This document shows, one piece after another, positions 10,582 to 19,956 of a DNA stretch of 64,000 bases (position 1 is its first letter; every line of letters begins with the position of its first letter). Under the pieces are notes generated by a model. That model saw nothing but the letters and a program-made list of their open reading frames with translations. It had not been told where the DNA came from and did no database searches. Where the stretch lies: the NCBI GenBank assembly GCA_964453135.1, contig CAYVOL010000002.1, positions 55,094 through 119,093 of the forward strand. The letters are read 5' to 3'. A program made the translations under genes and the position numbers. The DNA comes from an uncultured Candidatus Saccharibacteria bacterium. Its GTDB lineage: Bacteria; Patescibacteriota; Minisyncoccia; UBA6257; UBA9933.

Positions 10582-11474
10582 TGTTATTTTCTATGAAACA
10601 AGAAAGTTATTTAATGAAATTTTTAAGGGAATTAGGAATTGATTCGTTGGCTTGGTCCCTGCGGCGGCTCCACTGCCCTGTTAAAAAAAATGATTTAGTT
10701 TTGGAAATCGGCAGTGGCGGCAATCCTTATCCGCGGGCGAATATTCTTTGCGACGCTTATTTAGAAACTATGGAGCGTCATTTTGATCCCTTGGTACATG
10801 ACCGCCCGACGATTCTGGCTTTTACGGAAAATTTGCCCTTTAAAGATAATGTTTTTGACTTTGTAATCGCGTCACATGTTTTAGAGCATTCATCCAATCC
10901 GGATAAATTTTTAGCAGAAATACAGCGAGTCGGGAAAGCGGGCTACATAGAAACGCCAAGCGCTTTTTTTGAGAGGTTATGCCATTATCCAATGCATCGT
11001 CTTGAGATCGAAAATAAAAATAACGAATTATTAATTTATAAAAAAACGGGCCAGATTGAAGATAAATATTTAAGCAGATTATTTTTGGAGGTTAGCGCAA
11101 TTTTTTCTGAATGGGTTTCTAGTCATCCGTTTAATTTCCATGTCCGCTATTACTGGAACAAAGATATTGGCGGAATAAAATACAAGATTCTTAATCCCGG
11201 TTACAAATTTGATTGGAATGCGCCGTTGCCCCAAAAAGAATTAATTCCGCCGAAAAGCTGTAAAAATAAAATAAGAACATTTATTATTTTTTTATTGAGA
11301 GATTTTCTTTCTCAAAATAAAAGAAATGAACGCCTTGATTTGCTGGATTATCTCAAATGTCTTAAATGTGGCGGCAAAAAGTTAGAGAGGGGAGAATCGG
11401 ACGTACATTGCGTTCGATGCGATTATTCATATAAAATCGTTGATAAAAATATTATAGATTTTATTAATAATTAA
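10581..11474 (+). CDS. class I SAM methyltransferase with C-terminal Cys4 zinc-ribbon
   Basis: LEIGSGGNPYP motif I, VIASHVLEHS motif, C-terminal CLKCGG...CVRCDY. Confidence 0.65.
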   Translation: MLFSMKQESYLMKFLRELGIDSLAWSLRRLHCPVKKNDLVLEIGSGGNPYPRANILCDAYLETMERHFDPLVHDRPTILAFTENLPFKDNVFDFVIASHVLEHSSNPDKFLAEIQRVGKAGYIETPSAFFERLCHYPMHRLEIENKNNELLIYKKTGQIEDKYLSRLFLEVSAIFSEWVSSHPFNFHVRYYWNKDIGGIKYKILNPGYKFDWNAPLPQKELIPPKSCKNKIRTFIIFLLRDFLSQNKRNERLDLLDYLKCLKCGGKKLERGESDVHCVRCDYSYKIVDKNIIDFINN

Positions 11475-12508
11475 TGAGGATTATTGTTGCGGGCGACTTC
11501 TTGGCTGATATGTACGAACCGGCGTTTTATAGCGCTTTTTTGAAATTGGGGCACAATGTTTCCAAATTTTCTATCGGGGATTATTTCAAGGAAAAAAAAT
11601 TTTTTCAGAAATTACAGAATAAATTTTTATTCGGCCCTATTCTGCGAAAAATCAATAAAGATTTGATTGCTTGCGTGGAAATGGAAAAACCTGATTTAAT
11701 TTTTATTTATCGCGGGAATATGATTTTCGCGGAGACAGTTCAAGAGATTAGAGAGTCTAGCGCGACTGTTTTCGGTTATAATAATGACGATCCATTTAGC
11801 GAGAGGCATCCTTCGTATATGTGGCGGCACTGGTTTCGGGCAGTTCCTTATTACGACCATATTTTTGTTTATCGTTCTAAAAATTTGGACGATTATACAA
11901 AGATCGGTTATGGCAAAACAAGTTTGCTGATGTCTTATTATTTGGTGGAGGAAAATTTTCCCATTGTGAACTTGCCGACGGATAGATTTCAATGCGATGT
12001 TATTTTTGTAGGACATTACGAGGACGACGGTCGCGATGAATATATAGCGGCGATTATTGATGAAGGAATAAATTTTAAGCTTTACGGCCCAGAATGGCAC
12101 CGTTCAAAATATTATAATTTTTTAAAGGAGAAACTCGGGTATGAGGCAGAGCCGTTGAAAGGCGATGATTATAATTTGGCGCTCAATAGCGCGAAAATCG
12201 CACTGTGTTTTTTGTCTAAGTTGAACAACGACACCTACACCCGCCGTAATTTTGAAATTCCGGCAACGAAAACTTTTATGCTGAGCGAATATAGCGATGA
12301 TTTGAATGATTTATTCGCCGCGGGCCGCGAAGCGGACTATTTTCGCAATAAAGAAGAAATGCTGGAAAAAATAAATTATTATTTAGCTCACAAGGAGGAA
12401 AGAGAGAGGATTGCCGAGGCGGGCTACCAGAGATTACTGCAAGGCGGCCACGAGGCGCTGGACAGGGCAAAAGAAATTTTAAGGCTCTATCAAGAATTCA
12501 AAAAATGA
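11474..12508 (+). CDS. CgeB-family / DUF3880 glycosyltransferase-like protein
   Basis: DVIFVGHYEDDGRDEY...LYGPEWH...FEIPATKTFMLSEYSDDLNDLF...EEMLEKINYYLAHKEERERIAEAGY, recalled as the CgeB family signature. Confidence 0.5.
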   Translation: MRIIVAGDFLADMYEPAFYSAFLKLGHNVSKFSIGDYFKEKKFFQKLQNKFLFGPILRKINKDLIACVEMEKPDLIFIYRGNMIFAETVQEIRESSATVFGYNNDDPFSERHPSYMWRHWFRAVPYYDHIFVYRSKNLDDYTKIGYGKTSLLMSYYLVEENFPIVNLPTDRFQCDVIFVGHYEDDGRDEYIAAIIDEGINFKLYGPEWHRSKYYNFLKEKLGYEAEPLKGDDYNLALNSAKIALCFLSKLNNDTYTRRNFEIPATKTFMLSEYSDDLNDLFAAGREADYFRNKEEMLEKINYYLAHKEERERIAEAGYQRLLQGGHEALDRAKEILRLYQEFKK

Positions 12509-13695
12509 AAATTCTGCACATTATTCCATCGTATTTGCCGGCTAGATTCGCGAGCGGGCCGATTATTCCAACGCATAGTTTGAATAAAGAATTATCGAAA
12601 AATGGCGTTGAGGTTGTTGTTTATACGACTAATTTAGATGGCGACAGAATTTTAGATGCTCCCTTAAATCAAGAAATTAATCTTGACGGCGTAAAGGTTT
12701 TTTATTTTCCAATCACTTGCCGGTTTTGGCAATACTCCTGGGAGCTGCATCGCGCTTTGGCGTGCAATTTCAAAAATTTTGATTTAATTCATATCACTTC
12801 GGTTTTTTTATCGGCATCTACTCTTGGCGCTTACTACGCGAAAAAATCAGGCAAGCCTTATATCATTTCTCCGCACGGCAGTTTGATGAAGGAGCCGTTA
12901 GGCCGCGGATATTTGAAAAAGAATATTTACCTCTCGCTTCTTGAAAAAAGAAATTTAGAAAATGCGGCGGCAGTCCATTTTTTAAACGATAAAGAAGAAA
13001 GCGATTATTTGACGGCGGGCTTGTCGCTCAAAAAAGAGATTATTGTCCCGAATGGAATTGATGCGGATAAATTTCAAAATGTTTCGCGGCGGATTTCTTT
13101 CCGGAAAAAATTCAGCATTCCATCCGAATGCAAAATCATCCTTTTTTTAGGACGTCTGCATCCGATAAAGGGGTTGGATACTTTGATTTCGGCTTTTGCC
13201 GAGGTTATTAAGAAAGAACCGGATTCTTTTTTGGTTTTAGCAGGTCCGGATGAAAACGATTACGGCGAAAATCTTAAATCTCAAATCTCGAAATTTAACA
13301 TTGGCGGCAAGGTTGTTTTTACGGGGATGATTGTTGGAGAAGAAAAAAATGCGGCTTTGCGGGAGAGTGATGTTTTTGTTTTGCCGTCTTACACCGAGGC
13401 GATGAGCGTGGCTGTGCTGGAGGCGATGTATTTCGGCTTGCCGGCTATCGCGACGAAGAATGTCGGCAATGCTTCGGATATTTTACGGGTTGATGCCGGC
13501 ATTGTCGTGGAAAAAACGGAGTCTGCCGTGGCGGAGGCGATTTTGAAAGTTTTAAGAGATCCGGCGCTCGCGAAAAAGATGGGCGAAAACGGTCGGCGAT
13601 TGGTGGCTCAGGAATTTTCCGGTGAAAAGATGGCAAAAAGATGGATAGAAGAATATGAAAAGATAATAAAAGAATGGAGCAAGCAGAATTTTTAA
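12505..13695 (+). CDS. family 4 (GT-B, retaining) glycosyltransferase
   Basis: MKILHIIPSYLP... N-terminus and C-terminal EAMSVAVLEAMYFGLPAIATKNVG EX7E motif. Confidence 0.85.
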   Translation: MKILHIIPSYLPARFASGPIIPTHSLNKELSKNGVEVVVYTTNLDGDRILDAPLNQEINLDGVKVFYFPITCRFWQYSWELHRALACNFKNFDLIHITSVFLSASTLGAYYAKKSGKPYIISPHGSLMKEPLGRGYLKKNIYLSLLEKRNLENAAAVHFLNDKEESDYLTAGLSLKKEIIVPNGIDADKFQNVSRRISFRKKFSIPSECKIILFLGRLHPIKGLDTLISAFAEVIKKEPDSFLVLAGPDENDYGENLKSQISKFNIGGKVVFTGMIVGEEKNAALRESDVFVLPSYTEAMSVAVLEAMYFGLPAIATKNVGNASDILRVDAGIVVEKTESAVAEAILKVLRDPALAKKMGENGRRLVAQEFSGEKMAKRWIEEYEKIIKEWSKQNF

Positions 13696-13764
13696 GCCAA
13701 TTATCGCTGTTAGCTGGCGCCGGTTTTTAGAAAAATTTTATCTTGCGCTTGTTAAGGTGGCGCT

Positions 13765-14478
13765 ATGTTGAGCGGCGATGATTGCGCAAAGATTTTTATT
13801 ATTGTTTCCATCTTGGCTATTTTAGCAGTGTCGGATATTTTGCTTTCCGCTAAAGCGGCCTATCATTTTTCCAATTATCGCGGCCAGCCGCCTATACATA
13901 TTTACGGCGCGGCAAGTAAAACTTCTTTGGATAAACACTTTGCCAGTAAATACGGGGCAGTTTTCTTTGCTTCCTCTGGTGATAATGGCTATGGCGCTTC
14001 TTGGCCCGCTTCTTCTCCTAATGTTATTGCCGTTGGCGGCACATCGCTCGAATTAAATAAAAATAGATCTTTTACAAAAGAGATTGCTTGGAGCGGGAGC
14101 GGAGGGGGTGTCAGCGCTTATGAGAAGTCGCCGGATTTTCAAGTTGGCTACGATATCCCCAAAAGTCATAACAAGCGCGCTATTCCGGATGTTTCTTACA
14201 ACGCGGATCCGAAGTCGGGATTTTCTGTTGTTCATAATGGCGTTTGGCGGATTGTCGGCGGCACTTCTGCCGGGGCGCCGCAGTGGGCGGCTATCGCGGC
14301 ATTAGGAAGCGGAATTTCCAATGTCCGATTTTACGCTGATAAATCAGGCGAGAACAACGGAAAATATTTCCGCGACATTAAAAGCGGCTCCAACGGCGAT
14401 TGCGGATATTATTGCGAGGCGCGCAAACATTATGACTATATTACTGGCTTGGGTAGCCCGCTGACAGCGAATTTTTAA
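13765..14478 (+). CDS. sedolisin (S53)-like peptidase, C-terminal portion only, with N-terminal signal anchor (possible gene remnant)
   Basis: Oxyanion-Asp motif ASSGDNG and Ser motif IVGGTSAGAPQWAAI are present. No region corresponding to the catalytic Glu/Asp. Hydrophobic N-terminus IFIIVSILAILAV. Confidence 0.4.
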   Translation: MLSGDDCAKIFIIVSILAILAVSDILLSAKAAYHFSNYRGQPPIHIYGAASKTSLDKHFASKYGAVFFASSGDNGYGASWPASSPNVIAVGGTSLELNKNRSFTKEIAWSGSGGGVSAYEKSPDFQVGYDIPKSHNKRAIPDVSYNADPKSGFSVVHNGVWRIVGGTSAGAPQWAAIAALGSGISNVRFYADKSGENNGKYFRDIKSGSNGDCGYYCEARKHYDYITGLGSPLTANF

Positions 14479-14542
14479 CTTTTGGCCGCGTATTTTTGGT
14501 GCGCGGTTGTTTTACTGCCTTTTTATTTTATAATGAAGCATT

Positions 14543-15406
14543 ATGGCAAAAGCGCCGGTAAGCGTTGTTGTTTTAACTTATAACGAAGAAATCCACATTG
14601 GCAGATTGTTGAAAAATATCTCTGATTGGGCGGATGAGATTTTTATCGCGGATTCTTTTTCTACGGATAAAACTTTGGAAATCGCGCGGTCATACGGGGT
14701 AAAAATAGTCCAGCATAAATTTGAAAATCAGGCGTCTCAATTTAATTGGGCACTGGACAATTTGGAAATTAAAAATGACTGGATTTTGCGGTTGGACGCG
14801 GACGAATATCTGATCGAAGACTTGAAAAAAGAAATCGGGACAATTTTGCCGAAAACTCTCGAAGGTGTCGGCGGTTTTTACATCAAGAGGCGTGTTTATT
14901 TTATGGGCCGCTGGATAAGGCACGGCGCGTATTATCCGGTTTGGTTTTTGAGGTTATTCAGAAAAGGCGGGGCGCGTTCGGAACAAAGGGCAATGGACGA
15001 GCATATTGTTTTACTTGAAGGCAAGGCGGAAAAGTTAAAGAATGATTTTGTGGATGAAAATTTGAAAGGATTAAGAGACTGGGTTGATAAGCATAATAAT
15101 TACGCGAGTCGCGAAGCGGAAGAGGCGCTAAAATTTAAAAGCCATAAGTCGGAAACTGATTTAGGCGGTCAAGCCGGGAGAAAGCGCTGGCTGAAAAATA
15201 ATTTTTATTACCGGCTGCCGCTTTTCTTGCGCGCCTGTCTATATTTTTGCTATCGTTATTTCATTCGTCTGGGATTTTTGGATAGCCAAGAAGGAATGAT
15301 ATTTCATTTTCTTCATGCTTTTTGGTATAGATTTTTGGTGGACGCGAAAATTTATGAAGCGCGGATGGTCGCGAAAAACAATTATACTGGACGAAAAAAA
15401 TATTGA
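14543..15406 (+). CDS. family 2 glycosyltransferase
   Basis: VSVVVLTYNEEIHIGRLLKNI...IFIADSFSTDKTLEIA GT-A N-terminus. Confidence 0.75.
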   Translation: MAKAPVSVVVLTYNEEIHIGRLLKNISDWADEIFIADSFSTDKTLEIARSYGVKIVQHKFENQASQFNWALDNLEIKNDWILRLDADEYLIEDLKKEIGTILPKTLEGVGGFYIKRRVYFMGRWIRHGAYYPVWFLRLFRKGGARSEQRAMDEHIVLLEGKAEKLKNDFVDENLKGLRDWVDKHNNYASREAEEALKFKSHKSETDLGGQAGRKRWLKNNFYYRLPLFLRACLYFCYRYFIRLGFLDSQEGMIFHFLHAFWYRFLVDAKIYEARMVAKNNYTGRKKY

Positions 15407-15436
15407 AGAATCCGCAAAATAGCGTATAATTTCTAT

Positions 15437-16477
15437 ATGGACGCGAAAAACGCTGTTAAAAACAAGACAATTTTAATAACCGGCGGGACCGGTTCTTTTG
15501 GCAATGCGGTGGTCGAAAAACTTCTGCCACTGAATCCTAAAAGGATAGTTATTTTCAGCCGCGACGAGAAGAAGCAATTTGATATGGGTAATAAATTTAA
15601 CAGCGATAAATTGGAATTTTTTATCGGCGACGTGCGGGATAGAGATTCGGCGCAGCATGCGATGTATGACGTTGATTACGTTTTCCATGCGGCGGCTTTG
15701 AAGCAGGTGCCGAATTGCGAATTTTTCCCCGTCGATGCCGTTAAGACAAATTCATTGGGCGCGCATAATGTTATTGACGCGGCTATAGAAAACGGCGCAA
15801 AAAGAGTTGTGGTTTTGAGCACTGACAAAGCGGTTCATCCGATTAACGCGATGGGTATGAGCAAGGCGTTGATGGAAAAAATAATGGTTGCCGCTTCGCG
15901 CGAAAAAAGAGGGAAAACAATTTTATGCGGCACCCGTTATGGCAACGTAATGTACACGCGCGGCTCGGTGCTTCCTTACTTTATCGGTTTAATGAAAGCG
16001 GGAAAACCGCTTACGGTTACGGATAAAAATATGACCAGGTTTTTAATGCCGATAGATCATTCGGTTGATTTGGTTTTATATGCTTTAACTAGCGGAGAAA
16101 ATGGCAATATTTATGTCAGGAAATCGCCAGCTAGCACAGTCGGCGATTTGGCAGAGGCGTTGGTTGAAATTTTTAATTACAGAGGCGGCATTAAAGAAAT
16201 CGGCGTTCGGCCAGGAGAAAAAGGTCATGAGGAATTGATTTCCCGAGAAGAAGCTGTGCGGACACGAGATAAAAATGTTTATTTTCAAATTAATCCGGAA
16301 TCACGGGAGATAGATTATCGAAATTATTATTTTGAGGGCATAAAAAGTGGACATGTTTTGTTGTCAGAAGGATATACTTCAGCTAATACCCAAAGATTGT
16401 CAATAAAAGAAATTAAGAAATTGCTGTTGTCTTTAAATGAAGTCAAAGAAGAACTTAAAAATTGGCATTACCGGTAG
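15437..16477 (+). CDS. fnlA: UDP-N-acetylglucosamine 4,6-dehydratase/5-epimerase (CapE/FnlA type)
   Basis: Near-canonical CapE motifs ILITGGTGSFGNAV, IFSRDEKKQ, FIGDVRD, VFHAAALKQVPNCEFFP, STDKAVHPINAMGMSKA, GTRYGNVM. Confidence 0.85.
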   Translation: MDAKNAVKNKTILITGGTGSFGNAVVEKLLPLNPKRIVIFSRDEKKQFDMGNKFNSDKLEFFIGDVRDRDSAQHAMYDVDYVFHAAALKQVPNCEFFPVDAVKTNSLGAHNVIDAAIENGAKRVVVLSTDKAVHPINAMGMSKALMEKIMVAASREKRGKTILCGTRYGNVMYTRGSVLPYFIGLMKAGKPLTVTDKNMTRFLMPIDHSVDLVLYALTSGENGNIYVRKSPASTVGDLAEALVEIFNYRGGIKEIGVRPGEKGHEELISREEAVRTRDKNVYFQINPESREIDYRNYYFEGIKSGHVLLSEGYTSANTQRLSIKEIKKLLLSLNEVKEELKNWHYR

Positions 16478-17201
16478 CCGCGGATTTATCGGCAGACACA
16501 TCGCGGCGGCTTTGAGTAGAAAAGGCGCAAAACTTTCTTTTTTCGATAGGCCTCAAAACGATTTATTAGAAAGCGTCTCGGCCGCTCTGAAAAAATTCGT
16601 TAAAAATAACGATGTCATAATTCATGCGGCGGCGGTTAATCGCGGCAACAATACGGAAATCATTGCTGGTAGCATAGCGGCAACTTACAATTTAATCGCC
16701 GCGATGGAAAAATATAAGAGCCGCGCGAAATTAATTTTTTTGTCATCAATTCAGGCGGAAACAGATACTTTATATGGCCAAAGCAAAAGATTAACGGAAA
16801 TAATCCTGGAGGATTTTTCCAGAAAGAATAATTCGGCAGTTTCAATCTTTCGCTTGGCCAATGTTTTCGGCGAAGGATGCAGGCCATTTTATAATTCTGT
16901 GGTGGCGACATTTTGCCATCAAGCGGCGCATGGAGAAAAATTAACAGTACATCCGCAAAGCAAAAATAAAAAAATCAATTTGATTTATGTCGGCGACGCG
17001 GCGCGGATTATCGCCGATGAAGCGCATAAGGAACGAGCGCAAAAATTTTCTTTCAAAAGAGTGGATTCAAAAAATATAATTTCTATCGGCGATTTGGCAG
17101 AAGCTGTGGAATCATTCCGAAAGAGCGCACCGAAGAATTTAAAATCTAAATTTTATAGAGATTTGTATACAACGTGTTTGTCATATAAAAATGGAAAATA
17201 A
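16437..17201 (+). CDS. fnlB: CapF/FnlB N-terminal SDR reductase domain (separate ORF)
   Basis: GITGSRGFIGRHI Rossmann motif, NSVVATFC, LYTTCLSY matching CapF residues about 1-250. Ends at the inter-domain linker. Confidence 0.7.
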   Translation: MKSKKNLKIGITGSRGFIGRHIAAALSRKGAKLSFFDRPQNDLLESVSAALKKFVKNNDVIIHAAAVNRGNNTEIIAGSIAATYNLIAAMEKYKSRAKLIFLSSIQAETDTLYGQSKRLTEIILEDFSRKNNSAVSIFRLANVFGEGCRPFYNSVVATFCHQAAHGEKLTVHPQSKNKKINLIYVGDAARIIADEAHKERAQKFSFKRVDSKNIISIGDLAEAVESFRKSAPKNLKSKFYRDLYTTCLSYKNGK

Positions 17202-17562
17202 AAAATTAGAAATGAAAAGCGATGAGCGGGGAGACTTCGTGGAAGTTTTTAAAATCCCCGGATTTGGACAGGTTTCATATTCTACGACAAATCCAGGAGT
17301 TATTCGCGGTAATCATTATCACGCGCGGAAAAAGGAAATTTTTTGCGTTATTGAAGGAGAGGCGAAGGTGCGGCAGAGGGATATCAAAACCGGAGAAGTT
17401 GAGGAGAAAATTGTTTCCGGCGCCGCGCCGGAGCTGGTTGAAATGAAACCGAATTGGACGCATAATATACAGAATATCGGCAATAAAGAAATGAAATTAT
17501 TAATTTGGATAAGCGAGGTTTATAATCCCGCGGACACGGATACTTTTTATGAAGAAGTCTGA
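17191..17562 (+). CDS. CapF/FnlB C-terminal cupin (epimerase) domain (separate ORF)
   Basis: SDERGDFVEVFKIPGFGQVSYSTTNPGVIRGNHYHARKKEIFCV...PNWTHNIQNIG...YNPADTDTFYEEV aligns with the CapF C-terminal cupin. 11-nt overlap with the previous ORF in a different frame. Confidence 0.7.
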   Translation: MENKKLEMKSDERGDFVEVFKIPGFGQVSYSTTNPGVIRGNHYHARKKEIFCVIEGEAKVRQRDIKTGEVEEKIVSGAAPELVEMKPNWTHNIQNIGNKEMKLLIWISEVYNPADTDTFYEEV

Positions 17563-18688
17563 CGTCGACAAACTTAAAGTGATGACGATTTTCGGGACGC
17601 GGCCGGAAATTATCCGGCTTTCGCGGATTTTTGCAATTTTAGATAAATACGTTAATCATATAATGGTCCATACGGGCCAAAGCTTTGATTACGAGATGAA
17701 CCAAGTGTTTCTCGATGATTTGAGAGTCAGGAAGCCGGATTATTTTTTAGAAGTGAAATCAGAAACGTTAGGCGGACAAATTGCGAAGATTATTGAGCGG
17801 AGCGAAGAGGTTTTGAAAAAAGAAATGCCGGACGCTCTTTTGATTTTGGGCGATACCAACAGCGCTTTGGCGGCGATAGTCGCCAAAAGGATGAAAATCC
17901 CGATTTTCCATATGGAGGCCGGAAACCGTTCTTTTGACGAAAATGTGCCGGAAGAGACCAATCGCCGCATTGTGGACCATATTAGCGATATCAATTTGCC
18001 TTACAGCGAGAATGCCCGATTGTATTTGATACGTGAAGGGGTCCATCCGGGGACCATTTACGTAACCGGTTCGCCGATGGCGGAAATCTGGGAGGCATAC
18101 AAAAAAAGCATTCTAAAATCAAATGCGCTTAAGAAATTTAATTTGAAAAAGGGCCAGTATTTTGTAGCCAGCATTCATCGGGAGGAAAACGTGGAAAGCA
18201 AAGAGGCGTTGACGAAATTAATAGACTCTTTGAATGCCATCGCCGAAATATATAAAATGCCTGTTGCGGTAAGCACTCATCCTCGGACAGCCAATCGTCT
18301 TGCGGAGCATAAGTTCAGGGTTGATAAGTTAATTAATTTTCATAAGCCGATGGGTTATTTTGATTATAACAATCTTCAGCTGAACGCTTTTTGCGTTTTG
18401 TCTGATAGCGGAACGATTTTGGAAGAGTCGTCTATTATGGGATTTCCGGCCGTACAAGCGAGAGTCAGTTCTGAGCGGCCAGAAGGTTTTGACGAGGGGG
18501 TTTTAATTTTGTCGGGTTTGGACAGAGATATTATTTTGCAGGCCATTGAAATTACGGTTAAGCAATTGGCAGGAGGCGAAAAATTCAACGTCCCGCGCGC
18601 TTATCGGGATATAAACGCTTCCGGCAAGGTTTTGCGTTTAATTGTCGGTTTAGCGAAAATCGTGAAAAAGCGGCGCGCTTTGACGTAG
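17549..18688 (+). CDS. fnlC: UDP-N-acetylglucosamine 2-epimerase (non-hydrolysing; CapG/FnlC/WecB type)
   Basis: MTIFGTRPEIIRL, HTGQSFDYEM, GDTNSALAAIVAKRMKIPIFHMEAGNRSFD, typical of WecB. Confidence 0.85.
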   Translation: MKKSDVDKLKVMTIFGTRPEIIRLSRIFAILDKYVNHIMVHTGQSFDYEMNQVFLDDLRVRKPDYFLEVKSETLGGQIAKIIERSEEVLKKEMPDALLILGDTNSALAAIVAKRMKIPIFHMEAGNRSFDENVPEETNRRIVDHISDINLPYSENARLYLIREGVHPGTIYVTGSPMAEIWEAYKKSILKSNALKKFNLKKGQYFVASIHREENVESKEALTKLIDSLNAIAEIYKMPVAVSTHPRTANRLAEHKFRVDKLINFHKPMGYFDYNNLQLNAFCVLSDSGTILEESSIMGFPAVQARVSSERPEGFDEGVLILSGLDRDIILQAIEITVKQLAGGEKFNVPRAYRDINASGKVLRLIVGLAKIVKKRRALT

Positions 18689-18694
18689 GCAGGT

Positions 18695-19936
18695 ATGAAA
18701 AATATTTTAATTGTGGCGGATGTCTATCCACCAGAGATTTCTTCAGCCGCGAATTTAATGCGGGAACTTTCTGGTGGTCTTAAAAATCGGGGGTACAATG
18801 TCTGGGTTTTAACTTCTTACCCGAAACATTATTTGCCCCAAGAATTACGGGGCAATAATTTTGAGATTTTTTCCGAAGAAAACGGCGTAAAAATTATCAG
18901 GGTAAAGACCTTGCCTCTTCATAAGGTCAATTTCATCATTCGCGGTATTTCTCAGTTGCTTTTACCTTTTATTTTTTTTCGTCAGGCGAGAAAATTTATT
19001 GGTGTAAAAATAGACGCAGTGATAGTTTACAGCCCGCCGCTGCCCTTGGCTTTAATTGGCGGAATGATAAAAAAACGCTACGGGGCCAAATTCATTTTGA
19101 ATATCCAGGACATTTTTCCTCAGAATGCCATTGACCTCGGAGTTTTAAGAAAATGGCCGCATTGGCTCGCGATTTGGATTTTTGAACAGATTGAGAAGAG
19201 GGCTTATCAAGAGGCCGACAAAATTTCTTTTCATTCAGAGGGCGGCAGGAACTTTTTGATTGAAAAAAAACGCGTGCCCGAAGAAAAGATCTTCGTTGTT
19301 TATAATTGGATTGACCTGGCGCCGTATCAGAACTTAACTAAGAAAATTTCTTTCAGAAAGCGATGGGGGCTGGAGAATAAGTTTATCATTTTATTTGCGG
19401 GGATTATGGGGCCAGCGCAAGGAATGGAATTTATCGCGGATGTTGCCGAAAAAATATCCGACATAAAAAATGTCGTTTTTCTTTTGGTAGGCGACGGAAC
19501 GGAAAAAGAGAAAGTTGATAAATTAATCAAAGAGCGTGGATTAAAAAACATTATCATTAAGTCGTCTGTTTCCATGGACGAGTATCCTTATTTAGTTAAA
19601 GAAGCTAATGTGGGGTTGGTTTGTTTAAGCGCGCGAAATAAAACCCCTTTTGTTCCGGGAAAATTTTTGGGATATCTGGCGGCAGGTAAGCCTATTCTGG
19701 CTTTTCTTAATAAAGAGAGCGATGGGTTTGCCCTAGTTGAGAAGGCGCATTGCGGCTATGCGATAGTGGCGGGCGACCTTGAGCGCGCGGAGAATTTAAT
19801 AAGAAAAACACTGCAGGGGAATAAGGCCGTCCTTAAGGAGTTGGGAGAAAACGGGATGAGATACGCTGAAGATAATTTGAGCCTGGAGGCGGCTTTGGAT
19901 AAATTTGAAAGATTGATTTCTCCCGATGATTTTTAA
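18695..19936 (+). CDS. family 4 glycosyltransferase (WbuB-like, candidate L-FucNAc transferase)
   Basis: GT-B fold. N-terminus ILIVADVYPPEISSAANLMREL. Position immediately after fnlABC mirrors wbuB in O-antigen loci. Confidence 0.7.
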   Translation: MKNILIVADVYPPEISSAANLMRELSGGLKNRGYNVWVLTSYPKHYLPQELRGNNFEIFSEENGVKIIRVKTLPLHKVNFIIRGISQLLLPFIFFRQARKFIGVKIDAVIVYSPPLPLALIGGMIKKRYGAKFILNIQDIFPQNAIDLGVLRKWPHWLAIWIFEQIEKRAYQEADKISFHSEGGRNFLIEKKRVPEEKIFVVYNWIDLAPYQNLTKKISFRKRWGLENKFIILFAGIMGPAQGMEFIADVAEKISDIKNVVFLLVGDGTEKEKVDKLIKERGLKNIIIKSSVSMDEYPYLVKEANVGLVCLSARNKTPFVPGKFLGYLAAGKPILAFLNKESDGFALVEKAHCGYAIVAGDLERAENLIRKTLQGNKAVLKELGENGMRYAEDNLSLEAALDKFERLISPDDF

Positions 19937-19956
19937 AATGGGTGTTTTTGCACTTT

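Noticed and set aside
14053-14305. ORFs 14084..14305 + and 14053..14235 - inside the S53-like fragment
   Set aside because: Overlap the frame that carries the S53 Asp and Ser motifs. No features of their own.
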